Below are positions 1-8,782 of a stretch of DNA of 52,241 nt, piece by piece. How positions within the stretch are numbered: the stretch's first letter is position 1; each line of letters opens with the position of its first letter. Under the pieces are notes generated by a model. That model was not told the origin of the DNA and made no database searches. It worked only from the letters and a program-made list of their open reading frames with translations. The stretch lies in sequence record SRR31156797_1333; one strand, written 5' to 3'. The position numbers and the translations under genes are program-made.

Positions 1-28
1 TGTGCTCTACCAGCTGAGCTAAGGAATC
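1..28 (-). tRNA. 5' portion of a tRNA gene, truncated by the window edge; possibly tRNA-Lys but the anticodon lies outside the window
   Basis: Reverse complement reads GATTCCTTAGCTCAGCTGGTAGAGCACA: acceptor 5' strand, TA, then a canonical D-arm (GCTCAGCTGGTAGAGC). A full promoter lies upstream. Confidence 0.88.
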
Positions 29-58
29 ATTGTGTATGCTTTGTTTTCAAAAGCGATG

Positions 59-90
59 CAAATATAGAGCGATTAAATTGAAATCGCAAA
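59..90 (-). promoter_or_regulatory. Bacteroidota primary-sigma promoter of the tRNA
   Basis: Minus strand TTTG (87-90), 20-nt spacer, TATATTTG (59-66); matches TTTG-N19-21-TAnnTTTG. Confidence 0.8.
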
Positions 91-448
91 CTCTATTTTG
101 CCGAAATTAATGGTTTTTACACCAGTAAACAATACTTACCTGCTTTATAGTATTGGCGGGCAATTTGATATAAAAATGAAAAAAAAACGCAAAAAAATAT
201 AAATCTTGAAAAAACTCTTGTTTTGCTTATGATAACGGTGATTTTTGAATGAAAAAATCAAATTGGTAAGCGAATTTTAAAAATAAAGAATTAGCAGTTG
301 TGGAGTATCTCAAAATGAAAAAAACGTCATAAACGAAAAATAATTTTAATTTTGTGATCGAATTTTTCAGTTAAAATTGGATCTAATATTATATCTGATG
401 ACTGAGAAATTCCATTTTAATAGATTTAACTCTTAACGATTCGTCTTC

Positions 449-1258
449 ATGGAAAATAAAGTTGTAGTAATAACCGGAGCTTCATCCGGAATTGGTAAAG
501 CATTGGCATTTGAATTTGCATCCCGAGGATCGAAAGTAGTATTGGCAGCTCGTAATACCGATAAATTGAAAGAAGTAGAAAATGAATTACTGGCGAATGG
601 CACTGAAGTTTTATCTGTGAAAACCGATGTAAGCATTGAGGAGGATTGTAAGAATTTAATTGAAAAATCGGTTCAGCATTTTGGGGAAATTGATGTTCTT
701 ATAAACAATGCAGGCATATCAATGAGAGCACTTTTTGCAGATTTGGATCTATCGGTTTTAAAACAATTAATGGATGTTAATTTCTGGGGTACGGTCTTCT
801 GTACCAAATATGCTATGCCATATATTACTAGAGCAAAAGGTTCAGTAGTTGGTGTAATATCTATTGCTGGATATATTGGTTTACCGGCACGATCGGGGTA
901 TTCAGCTTCTAAATATGCTATTCGTGGTTTTTTAGATACATTAAGAGTAGAGAACTTAAAAACTGGTGTTCACGTATTGGTAGCTGCACCTGGTTTTACA
1001 GCTTCTAATGTACGAAATGTTGCTTTAACAGCTGATGGTTCAAGTCAGGGAGAAACTCCACGTGACGAAGATAAAATGATGAGTGCTGAAGAATGTGCGC
1101 GATTAATTGCCAAAGCTGTGGTGAAACGTAAACGAGAGTTAATTATGACTTTTGTAGAAGGAAAAGTAACGGTTTGGTTAAAAAAATGGTTTCCTTCTTT
1201 ATTAGAGAAATTAACTTACAATCATATGGCAAAAGAACCCAATTCACCACTAAAGTAA
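449..1258 (+). CDS. SDR family oxidoreductase
   Basis: TGASSGIG Rossmann motif, NNAG, YSASK catalytic YxxxK. Candidate -7 box TAATTTTG at 347-354. Confidence 0.93.
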   Translation: MENKVVVITGASSGIGKALAFEFASRGSKVVLAARNTDKLKEVENELLANGTEVLSVKTDVSIEEDCKNLIEKSVQHFGEIDVLINNAGISMRALFADLDLSVLKQLMDVNFWGTVFCTKYAMPYITRAKGSVVGVISIAGYIGLPARSGYSASKYAIRGFLDTLRVENLKTGVHVLVAAPGFTASNVRNVALTADGSSQGETPRDEDKMMSAEECARLIAKAVVKRKRELIMTFVEGKVTVWLKKWFPSLLEKLTYNHMAKEPNSPLK

Positions 1259-1272
1259 GGGATTGAATTTTT

Positions 1273-1309
1273 GACGAGTATTAGCAATAGTACTCGTTTT
1301 GTTTTTTTT
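1273..1309 (+). terminator. Rho-independent terminator
   Basis: ACGAGTATTA-GCAA-TAGTACTCGT hairpin followed by a T-tract. Confidence 0.8.
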
Positions 1310-1391
1310 AGCTGTAACATTTATAATTATTGCAAATAAACAATGATTATTGTGACTAATGTGTCACTAAACTACGACTACTACATACTTA

Positions 1392-2117
1392 ATGGATAAA
1401 TCTCATTTTAATACTTTTATCTTTTCGAATGCGAATAAGATTTACAGTTATGTTTTCTGTATTTTAAAAAATCCGGAAGAAACAATGGATGTTGTTTCTT
1501 TGACTATTGAAGAATGTTGGAAAAAAAGTAAAAATTATAGTTATAGTGATCTAACTTATGTTTTTAAAATTGCCAGAGATTTGGCTAAAAATAAAGCTTC
1601 ATATAGTAATCTTACCGAAAAGTTTAGATCTGATCAGGAATTTGAAGTCAATCCGGTTTTGAAACGATTCTGCGTCCTTATTCAAGATTTAGCACCTGTT
1701 CAAGCTGAAGTGATCTGCTTAAGGTCGATGATTCGATTAAGCATTGATGAAATTTCTATTGTTGTTGGTATAGGAATGAATAATGTTCATTCGATACTTG
1801 CAAACACCCGGAAATTAATCAGAGCTAAAATAGATCCTAAAGGAATATTAAATGATATGAGTTGTCATGAATATCTTCCGAAATATTACTCAGGAAATAC
1901 TTCTCTTCAAGAGGAAGAGAAATTGCGGTTGTATATATTGAGAATGGATTTAACAGAAATTCCGGAGGCAGATTGTGAATTGTTTAAGTTGTTTCTTGAA
2001 GTTGAAGGTTGTGAAATGCCTACACATTACACTGATTTATTGAATGTAAAGATAAAGGGACTACAAAGTGGCAATTGGATGAAATCCTTATCTAGATTTT
2101 TTAGGATCTATCGTTAA
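1392..2117 (+). CDS. Divergent ECF-type sigma-70 factor with C-terminal anti-sigma-like extension
   Basis: Region-2-like (KIYSYVFCILKNPEETMDVV...W) and region-4-like (LAPVQAEVICLRS...SIDEISIVVGIGMNNVHSILANTRKLI) segments, then a KYYSGNTSLQEEEKL tail. Confidence 0.7.
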   Translation: MDKSHFNTFIFSNANKIYSYVFCILKNPEETMDVVSLTIEECWKKSKNYSYSDLTYVFKIARDLAKNKASYSNLTEKFRSDQEFEVNPVLKRFCVLIQDLAPVQAEVICLRSMIRLSIDEISIVVGIGMNNVHSILANTRKLIRAKIDPKGILNDMSCHEYLPKYYSGNTSLQEEEKLRLYILRMDLTEIPEADCELFKLFLEVEGCEMPTHYTDLLNVKIKGLQSGNWMKSLSRFFRIYR

Positions 2118-3108
2118 GAGATTTAAAACCTTTTCCTAATATTTCATTTGTTTCCATTACGGTTATAAAAGCGTTAGAGTCAATGGAATGGATGTAGTCC
2201 TGTAGCATTGACAGTTCACGGCGATTAACAACCATAAAAATCATATTTTTTTCACTACCATCATACATTCCAGTACCTTTTAAAAAGGTGCCGCCTCTAT
2301 TCATATCACCAATTACTTTATCCTTAATTTCTTCGTACTTGTCTGATATAATAAACAAAGCTTTTTCATAATTAGAACCTTGCATAGTTATATCAATAAC
2401 TTTTCCGATAATGAACACAACAATCCATGAATAAAGTGGAATTTGCCAATCGGGTTTAATATATAAACTACATAAAACAATTAATGAATCGATATAAATT
2501 ACAGTTTGCCCTAAAGGCATTTTAAGGTACTTAGCAGTAATCATTGCTAGAATATCTGAGCCGGCAGATGTTGCTCTGGCTTTAAGAATTAACCCCAAAC
2601 CAAAACCAATTAAAATACCTCCAAAAATACACGATAACAAAACATCATCAACTAATGGAATAACTCCCCACCAAGCTGTAAGTGTATCAATAAAAAGTGC
2701 ACAAAGAATAAACGAGATGACTGTTTTTATCCCAAATCTTGGACCTAATATCTTAACACCAATAAAACTTAAAGGAATATTTATAGCCAAACTGGCAATT
2801 CCAACGGGAATTCCACCACCAAAGCGTCGGAATAAATCATTGGAGTAATCCATAAAATGATATAGTAATCCCGAGAAGAACCCAGTATAATCATCTGGAT
2901 TAAGTACACCGAATAATCCTTGAGGAAATAAACCTACAGTCAGTTTGTTGATAACAATTCCAATTCCGTATATACTTCCAGGAACTAAATCGTAGGGAAC
3001 GATAAAAAAGACAAATCCGGCAGCCATAATAAACGCACCGGCAAATACTAGAGAATAATTATAAAACCATTTCCCCGAAAATATAGAGTCCTTTTGTAGA
3101 AAAGCCAA
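2101..3108 (-). CDS. YitT family membrane protein
   Basis: Multiple TM helices, ATSAGSDI (G-T/S-D motif), C-terminal RGGTFLKGTGMY...IDSNAFI...GKGF (DUF2179-type). Confidence 0.9.
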   Translation of the reverse strand: MAFLQKDSIFSGKWFYNYSLVFAGAFIMAAGFVFFIVPYDLVPGSIYGIGIVINKLTVGLFPQGLFGVLNPDDYTGFFSGLLYHFMDYSNDLFRRFGGGIPVGIASLAINIPLSFIGVKILGPRFGIKTVISFILCALFIDTLTAWWGVIPLVDDVLLSCIFGGILIGFGLGLILKARATSAGSDILAMITAKYLKMPLGQTVIYIDSLIVLCSLYIKPDWQIPLYSWIVVFIIGKVIDITMQGSNYEKALFIISDKYEEIKDKVIGDMNRGGTFLKGTGMYDGSEKNMIFMVVNRRELSMLQDYIHSIDSNAFITVMETNEILGKGFKSLNDRS

Positions 3109-3288
3109 AATCAGTAATTTTTTTGTGGTTGCTAATAAATTGTAAGATTAGTAAGATTTCGCAAAAAATAATAATTTTTATTGGAATTCTTTACGCTTTT
3201 TGCACCTTTTAGTGGAAAAAGGATAATGAGGAGTTGTTTTACAAACAAAGAATTGATTGTTTTGCAATACAAATATTAACACATAAAA

Positions 3289-3837
3289 ATGAGAGCAAAA
3301 TTAAGCAGACTGATCATGAAAATGTTTGGTTGGAAATACATAGGTGAAATTCCGGAGATCAAAAAAGCGGTAATAATTGCTGTACCGCATACTTCAAATT
3401 GGGATTTTGTTTGGGGAAAACTTACTTTCTTAGCTTATGGAATAAAAACAACTATTTTAATGAAAAAAGAGATGTATGTTTTTCCTATAAAGTACCTTTT
3501 AAAATCATGGGGAGTAATTCCTATTGATCGATCGAAAAAGGGAAATATGACTGATCAGTTAGCTGAGGAATTTGCAAAAAGAGATTCTCTTTACCTTTCA
3601 CTCTCACCTGAAGGTAGTCGAAGTTTGAGAACTGAATGGAAAAGAGGATTTTATTATATAGCCTTAAAAGCTAATGTGCCAATTTATTTAGCGAAAATTG
3701 ATTATGAAGAAAAGAGCTTAACATGTGGCGAAGCTTTTTATCCTACGGGGGATGTTGAGAAAGATATGAAGTATATTAAGAGTGCTTATATAGGTTGCAA
3801 ACCAAAATATCCGGAGAAATTCTCCACAGGATTATAG
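3289..3837 (+). CDS. 1-acyl-sn-glycerol-3-phosphate acyltransferase family
   Basis: PHTSNWD (HX4D) and PEGSR motifs. Confidence 0.9.
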   Translation: MRAKLSRLIMKMFGWKYIGEIPEIKKAVIIAVPHTSNWDFVWGKLTFLAYGIKTTILMKKEMYVFPIKYLLKSWGVIPIDRSKKGNMTDQLAEEFAKRDSLYLSLSPEGSRSLRTEWKRGFYYIALKANVPIYLAKIDYEEKSLTCGEAFYPTGDVEKDMKYIKSAYIGCKPKYPEKFSTGL

Positions 3838-3847
3838 AATTGCTGAT

Positions 3848-4630
3848 ATGAATGATTTTTTGAATGTGAGTTTGATTCAATCTTCATTAGAGTGGGGAAA
3901 TGTAGAAGAAAATTTAAATCATTTCTCCAATTTACTTGTTGGTTTAAATGAAAAAACGGATTTAGTTGTTTTATCTGAGATGTTTACTTCAGGTTTTTTA
4001 ATGAATGAGAAGGAAAGAATTGCTCCGTATTCAGCTATTACCTTGGACTGGATGCAGAAGAAAGCTGCAAAGCTTCAGGCTGTTATTGTTGGTAGTATAA
4101 TAGTTAAGGATCAAGGACAATACTTTAATCGATTGTATGCTGTTAATCAATCTGGTGTAATGTGTAGTTACGATAAAAGGCATTTGTTTAGGATGGGTGA
4201 GGAGAATGAGCATTTTTCAGCAGGTAAAGAACGGATGGTTTTTAAGATTGGTAACTGGCGTATTTGTCCTCTGGTTTGTTATGATCTTCGATTTCCTGTT
4301 TGGAGTAGAAATACGAATGATTATGATCTGCTTATTTATGTTGCCAACTGGCCATCGGCAAGAAGAGAGGTCTGGAATACGTTATTAAAGGCAAGAGCTA
4401 TTGAAAATCAAACCTATGTTGCAGGTGTTAATCGTATTGGTGAAGATGGATTGAACCTGAACTATAAAGGAGATACATGTTTTATTGATGCCAAGGGAAA
4501 ACTTATTGCAAAATGCGAGGATAATAAATCTGAAATTATTTCCTCGGAATTAAACTTGAAATATTTAAAGGATTTTAGAAAGAAATTTCCGGTACTACTT
4601 GATGCTGATGCGTTTCAGATTGAAATTTAA
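3848..4630 (+). CDS. Nitrilase-family amidohydrolase (YafV/omega-amidase-like)
   Basis: SEMF, YDKRHLF and VCYDLRFPVWSRN motifs giving the E-K-C triad. Confidence 0.9.
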   Translation: MNDFLNVSLIQSSLEWGNVEENLNHFSNLLVGLNEKTDLVVLSEMFTSGFLMNEKERIAPYSAITLDWMQKKAAKLQAVIVGSIIVKDQGQYFNRLYAVNQSGVMCSYDKRHLFRMGEENEHFSAGKERMVFKIGNWRICPLVCYDLRFPVWSRNTNDYDLLIYVANWPSARREVWNTLLKARAIENQTYVAGVNRIGEDGLNLNYKGDTCFIDAKGKLIAKCEDNKSEIISSELNLKYLKDFRKKFPVLLDADAFQIEI

Positions 4631-4702
4631 TTTGACTTTATAGGTCTGTATAATAGTTGTTTGTAATTTTTCGGCAATTCTATTATTAATATATCCTTGC
4701 AA

Positions 4703-4718
4703 AACTAAAAAGATAGTT
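4703..4718. promoter_or_regulatory. Palindromic operator AACTA-N6-TAGTT (candidate BlaI site), copy 1
   Basis: AACTA AAAAGA TAGTT lies between a -33-like CTTG (4696-4699) and a -7-like TATATTTA (4720-4727) upstream of blaI. Confidence 0.7.
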
Positions 4719-4801
4719 CTATATTTATGTCTATGATCTGAGAAAACTAATCCTATTCTTTTTAAAGATCAATGTCCCACTTTTATACAAAACAAAAAAC
4801 A

Positions 4802-5179
4802 ATGAAAGAATTAACAAGAGCGGAAGAACAGGTGATGCAAATTCTATGGGAATTAGAAAGTGCATTTGTAAAGGAGGTAATTGAACTGATACCTGAACCT
4901 AAACCTGCCTATAATACCGTTTCTACTATTGTTAGAATCCTTGAAAAAAAAGGATTTGTTGGTCACGTAGCTTATGGTAAAAGTCATCGTTACCATCCTC
5001 TGATTACAAAAAAAGAATATACCAGAAAGTTTATGAAAGGTTTTGTGCGAAATTACTTTTCCAATTCGTATCGTGATATGGTTTCATTTTTTGCTAAAGA
5101 GGAACAAGTTAGTTTATCTGAGCTGGAAGAGGTAAAAAGAATGGTAGAAGAACAAATTAAAAGACAAAGCGATAGCTAA
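4802..5179 (+). CDS. BlaI/MecI/CopY family transcriptional repressor
   Basis: MKELTRAEEQVMQILW...AYNTVSTIVRILEKKGFV winged helix. Start placed at ATG 4802 rather than 4772. Confidence 0.95.
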   Translation: MKELTRAEEQVMQILWELESAFVKEVIELIPEPKPAYNTVSTIVRILEKKGFVGHVAYGKSHRYHPLITKKEYTRKFMKGFVRNYFSNSYRDMVSFFAKEEQVSLSELEEVKRMVEEQIKRQSDS

Positions 5180-5188
5180 AAATTTGGA

Positions 5189-7015
5189 ATGGTAACAGGC
5201 ATTATTTTATATTTTCTTCAATCAACAATTTGCATGGCATTTTTTTATGCTTTGTATTCGTTGTTCCTTAAGAGAGATACTTTCTTTAGGGTCAATCGTG
5301 TGTTTTTGTTGTTGACTTTAGCCGCTTCGTTACTTATTCCATCTTTAAAAATTCCATTTCAGCCCGAAAGTGGTTCAGCAACTGTTGATTTAGCAATGAT
5401 TGAGGCAGTTGTAGTTACCTCTCATCAATATCTAAATAGTAATATGTTAGGTGAGGTGGTTGTTACTCCAATTGTTGAGAAATCATATAGCTGGTATCAA
5501 TATCTTGGGTTTATATATTTTATAGGGGCTTTATTATTATCAGTTCGTTTTCTGAAAAATTTAATCCAGCTTTTAATTTGGAGCAGAACAAATAAAAGAA
5601 TTAAAAAAGATGGAGTACAATTGGTGGTAATGAAAGACAATTATCCGCCATTCTCCTTTTTAAATTCAATTTTCATTTGCAAAGAGGATTATGGAAAACC
5701 TGAATTCAATTCCATACTGGCACATGAAAGAGTTCATGTAGATGAATTGCATACATTCGATTTAATAATCATTGAGGTTCTATCAGTTTTATTTTGGTTG
5801 AATCCATTTGTGTGGATGTATAAATCTTCATTACAAGAAGTTCATGAATATCTGGCGGATGATCGAGTTGTAAAGGGACACATAAATGCCAATGAGTACA
5901 AAATGCACATTGTCAATCAATTTGCAGGAGGAGAACTGTTTCGATTGGCAAATAATTTCGGGCAATCTACTCTAAAGAAGAGAATTTCTATGCTCGGGAA
6001 AATTAAAACACCAAAAATTGCACTGGTTAAGTTATTACTCTTACTTCCAATTTTTGCGGTTTTGTTTTCAGCTTTTGCTTTCACCATTGAAGAAAAAGAG
6101 AAATTGTCGTCAAATTTTTCAATTAGCGAATTTGTTTCTTCAGATTTAAAACGATTTTATTCTTTCTCGAGTGATATTTATTCATTAGAATCGAAAGATG
6201 AGTTTGCATTTATAAATAAAAATAACGCTCATGCTATTAGAAGCCTTGAGCATAAGGATAAAGTGAATCCAAATAAGGTATATCATATTGCTGATATAAT
6301 GCCTGTTTACCCTGGTGGTATTAAGGCTCTTCAAAAATTTATCAAGAGTAAGATTAACTATCCTGACAAAGCTCAATTGAATGGAGTAGAAGGAAGAGTG
6401 TTTGTATCTTTTGTGGTAGGAAAAGAAGGAAATGTAAAGAATGTTAATGTAATACGTAGTGAACACCCTAGCTTAAATGCTGAAGCTAAAAGAGTAATTT
6501 CTGAATTGCCAAACTGGAAACCTGGAAAAAACAAAGGAAGTTTTGTAAATGTGGCTTATTCATTCCCTGTTAATTTTGAACTAAATAATTTTAGAGTTGA
6601 ATCCATCATTACACCTGAACCCTTAATTTCAAAAATTAAAAACGCATCAGATTATCATCTGGATAACGTACTTAAGCTAAAAGAAAGTATTTCTAAATCG
6701 AATGGATACATTGTGACTGAAAAATTGCCGGAATTTCCTGGTGGGCGAATCGCATTGCGTAAATATATTGCACGAAATGTAAAATATCCTGTTTTAGCAG
6801 CAGAACAGGGATATGAGGGATACGTATTTGTGAAATTTATGGTGAACGAAGATGGTAGTGTATCGGATGCATATGTGCTAAAAGGTGCTAATGTAGAGTT
6901 GAATACAGAAGCTTTACGTATGATTAATGCAATGCCTGAATGGTCTCCAGGTGAACAAAATGGAACTAAAGTTGCAGTTAGTTATACAATTCCTATTCGT
7001 TTTGCTTTGAATTAA
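5189..7015 (+). CDS. M56 (BlaR1-type) metallopeptidase with two C-terminal TonB_C domains
   Basis: TM N-terminus, AHERVH (HExxH), WLNP, HEYLAD, LKKRI. Two TonB_C units (YPDKA...GVEGRVFVSFVV...WKPG and YPVLA...GYEGYVFVKFMV...WSPG). Confidence 0.93.
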   Translation: MVTGIILYFLQSTICMAFFYALYSLFLKRDTFFRVNRVFLLLTLAASLLIPSLKIPFQPESGSATVDLAMIEAVVVTSHQYLNSNMLGEVVVTPIVEKSYSWYQYLGFIYFIGALLLSVRFLKNLIQLLIWSRTNKRIKKDGVQLVVMKDNYPPFSFLNSIFICKEDYGKPEFNSILAHERVHVDELHTFDLIIIEVLSVLFWLNPFVWMYKSSLQEVHEYLADDRVVKGHINANEYKMHIVNQFAGGELFRLANNFGQSTLKKRISMLGKIKTPKIALVKLLLLLPIFAVLFSAFAFTIEEKEKLSSNFSISEFVSSDLKRFYSFSSDIYSLESKDEFAFINKNNAHAIRSLEHKDKVNPNKVYHIADIMPVYPGGIKALQKFIKSKINYPDKAQLNGVEGRVFVSFVVGKEGNVKNVNVIRSEHPSLNAEAKRVISELPNWKPGKNKGSFVNVAYSFPVNFELNNFRVESIITPEPLISKIKNASDYHLDNVLKLKESISKSNGYIVTEKLPEFPGGRIALRKYIARNVKYPVLAAEQGYEGYVFVKFMVNEDGSVSDAYVLKGANVELNTEALRMINAMPEWSPGEQNGTKVAVSYTIPIRFALN

Positions 7016-7035
7016 TAAAATTTTTTACGTATATT

Positions 7036-7051
7036 AACTAAGATTTTAGTT
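7036..7051. promoter_or_regulatory. Palindromic operator AACTA-N6-TAGTT, copy 2 (imperfect adjacent copy at 7056-7071)
   Basis: AACTA AGATTT TAGTT upstream of the first tonB; AACTA TATTTT TAGGA follows 20 bp later. Confidence 0.7.
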
Positions 7052-7115
7052 CAATAACTATATTTTTAGGAGAAAAAATTAAACCAATTTATTGTCTAAC
7101 CAAAAAATCAATATT

Positions 7116-7820
7116 ATGGAAATTAAGAAAAACCCACGCCACGATTTAGAAAAGAAAAGATCAATGTTTTTACAGATCGGTTTCTTATTGAGTTTTGCAA
7201 TTGTTTTTGCAGCTTTCGAATACAAAACCCCAATTGAAGAAACAGCTGTACTCGATTTTGATCCTCTTGAAGAATTAGATGAAATGATTCCAATTACAGT
7301 GCAGGATAAAGAAAAACCGAAACAAGAAATAAAGGTTAAAAAGCTGGATCTGTTAGATATAATGATAACAGAAGATGAAGAGGAGGAGGATGATTTGGAA
7401 ATTGTAGATTCTGATGCATCGGAAGGTGATTCATATGATATACAGGATGTTGTAGAAGAAGAGGAAATTATTGATGAGGATACTCCATTTGTGAGAGTTG
7501 AAAATATGCCAATTTTTAATCCACGAAAGAATAAAACCTATGAAGAGGGATTAAGAGATTTGTTTATAACTATGCAGAAAATGACCAAATACCCAATTAT
7601 TGCACAAGAGAATGGTATTCAAGGGAAAGTATTTGTAAAATTTGTTGTTTCGAAAACAGGAGATATTACAAATGTACAGGTAGTTAGATCGGTTGACCCA
7701 GCATTGGATAAAGAAGCGATTAGAGTGGTTAGAAACTTACCAAAGTTTAAGCCTGGCATGCAGCGAAACAGACCAGCTAGTGTTTGGTTTAGTGGATACA
7801 TATCGTTTGTGTTACAGTAA
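7116..7820 (+). CDS. tonB: Energy transducer TonB (paralog 1)
   Basis: MEIKKNP..DLE N-terminus, single TM, acidic linker, YP..AQENGIQGKVFVKFVV...LDKEAIRVV TonB_C. Start at ATG 7116. Confidence 0.92.
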   Translation: MEIKKNPRHDLEKKRSMFLQIGFLLSFAIVFAAFEYKTPIEETAVLDFDPLEELDEMIPITVQDKEKPKQEIKVKKLDLLDIMITEDEEEEDDLEIVDSDASEGDSYDIQDVVEEEEIIDEDTPFVRVENMPIFNPRKNKTYEEGLRDLFITMQKMTKYPIIAQENGIQGKVFVKFVVSKTGDITNVQVVRSVDPALDKEAIRVVRNLPKFKPGMQRNRPASVWFSGYISFVLQ

Positions 7821-7838
7821 TATTTTTTTATCCATTAT

Positions 7839-7854
7839 AACTAAGAAATTAGTT
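7839..7854. promoter_or_regulatory. Palindromic operator AACTA-N6-TAGTT, copy 3
   Basis: AACTA AGAAAT TAGTT upstream of the second tonB. Confidence 0.7.
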
Positions 7855-7898
7855 TAAATTTTAAAAGAAAATAGATTGTTTCATTAAAATTTAAAACT

Positions 7899-8597
7899 AT
7901 GAAAGAGAAGAAAAATCCAAAATATAATCTTGAAAGAAAAAGAGTATTGTTTTTACAATTCGGCTTTATATTTAGTTTTTTGTTTGTATTAATGGCTTTC
8001 GAATATCGGGTTCCTATGGAAGAAGCAGAGGATATAGATTTTGTAACCTGGGACGTTACAGATGAGTTAATACCAGTTACTTTTAGGGAACCCGAAAAGC
8101 CTAAGGAACCACCAAAAATAAAGAAATTGGTATTGTTTGATCCATTAATAGTAGATGATGATGAGGTTGATCCTTATGAGCCTGAAGACTCTTTTGGTGA
8201 TCCTGGTGAAGATATCCCTTTACCTGTCTTTGATGATGTTACAGAAGATGACGAAGTGACAACTTTTGTAATTGTAGAAGATATGCCAATTTTTAATCCT
8301 GCAAAAAATAAAACTTTTGAAGAAGGACAGATAGATTTATTCAGAACAGTTCAAAAAATGGTAAAGTATCCCGCGATAGCTCAAGAATCTAGCATTGAGG
8401 GTAAGGTTTTTGTAAGATTTGTGGTAACAAAAAATGGAGATATTGAAAATATAGAAATTACTCGTTCTGTTGATCCATCGCTCGATAAGGAGGTGATCCG
8501 TGTCATAAAAAAGCTTCCTAAGTTTAAAGCAGGAATGCAAAGAAATAAGGCTGTTCCAGTTTACTACTCGGCTTATGTGAATTTCAAATTACAATAA
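7899..8597 (+). CDS. tonB: Energy transducer TonB (paralog 2)
   Basis: Same architecture as paralog 1; YPAIAQESSIEGKVFVRFVV. Confidence 0.92.
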   Translation: MKEKKNPKYNLERKRVLFLQFGFIFSFLFVLMAFEYRVPMEEAEDIDFVTWDVTDELIPVTFREPEKPKEPPKIKKLVLFDPLIVDDDEVDPYEPEDSFGDPGEDIPLPVFDDVTEDDEVTTFVIVEDMPIFNPAKNKTFEEGQIDLFRTVQKMVKYPAIAQESSIEGKVFVRFVVTKNGDIENIEITRSVDPSLDKEVIRVIKKLPKFKAGMQRNKAVPVYYSAYVNFKLQ

Positions 8598-8693
8598 TCA
8601 AATTAATCATTATATAAAGATTTTTTCCGAAACTATAAAGCTTAAATTTCGTATTATCAATTAGAAAACGTTCATTGAATTCATTCTCTCATA

Positions 8694-8752
8694 AGACCCG
8701 TAACCTGATGCAAAACAGCTTACTTAAGTGTTAGGTTTGCGGTTCTGTTTTT
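8694..8752 (+). promoter_or_regulatory. Long G-U-rich hairpin plus U-tract in the leader of the third tonB (attenuator or structured-leader candidate)
   Basis: AGACCCGTAACCTGATGC (8694-8711) pairs with GTGTTAGGTTTGCGGTTCT (8728-8746) with one mismatch and one bulge, followed by GTTTTT. Confidence 0.45.
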
Positions 8753-8782
8753 ATCGTCATGTTACCTTAAAAACCTTTAGCT

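Noticed and set aside
5189..7015. Beta-lactam resistance sensor (true BlaR1/MecR1)
   Set aside because: No penicillin-binding sensor domain and no beta-lactamase nearby; the C-terminus is TonB_C.
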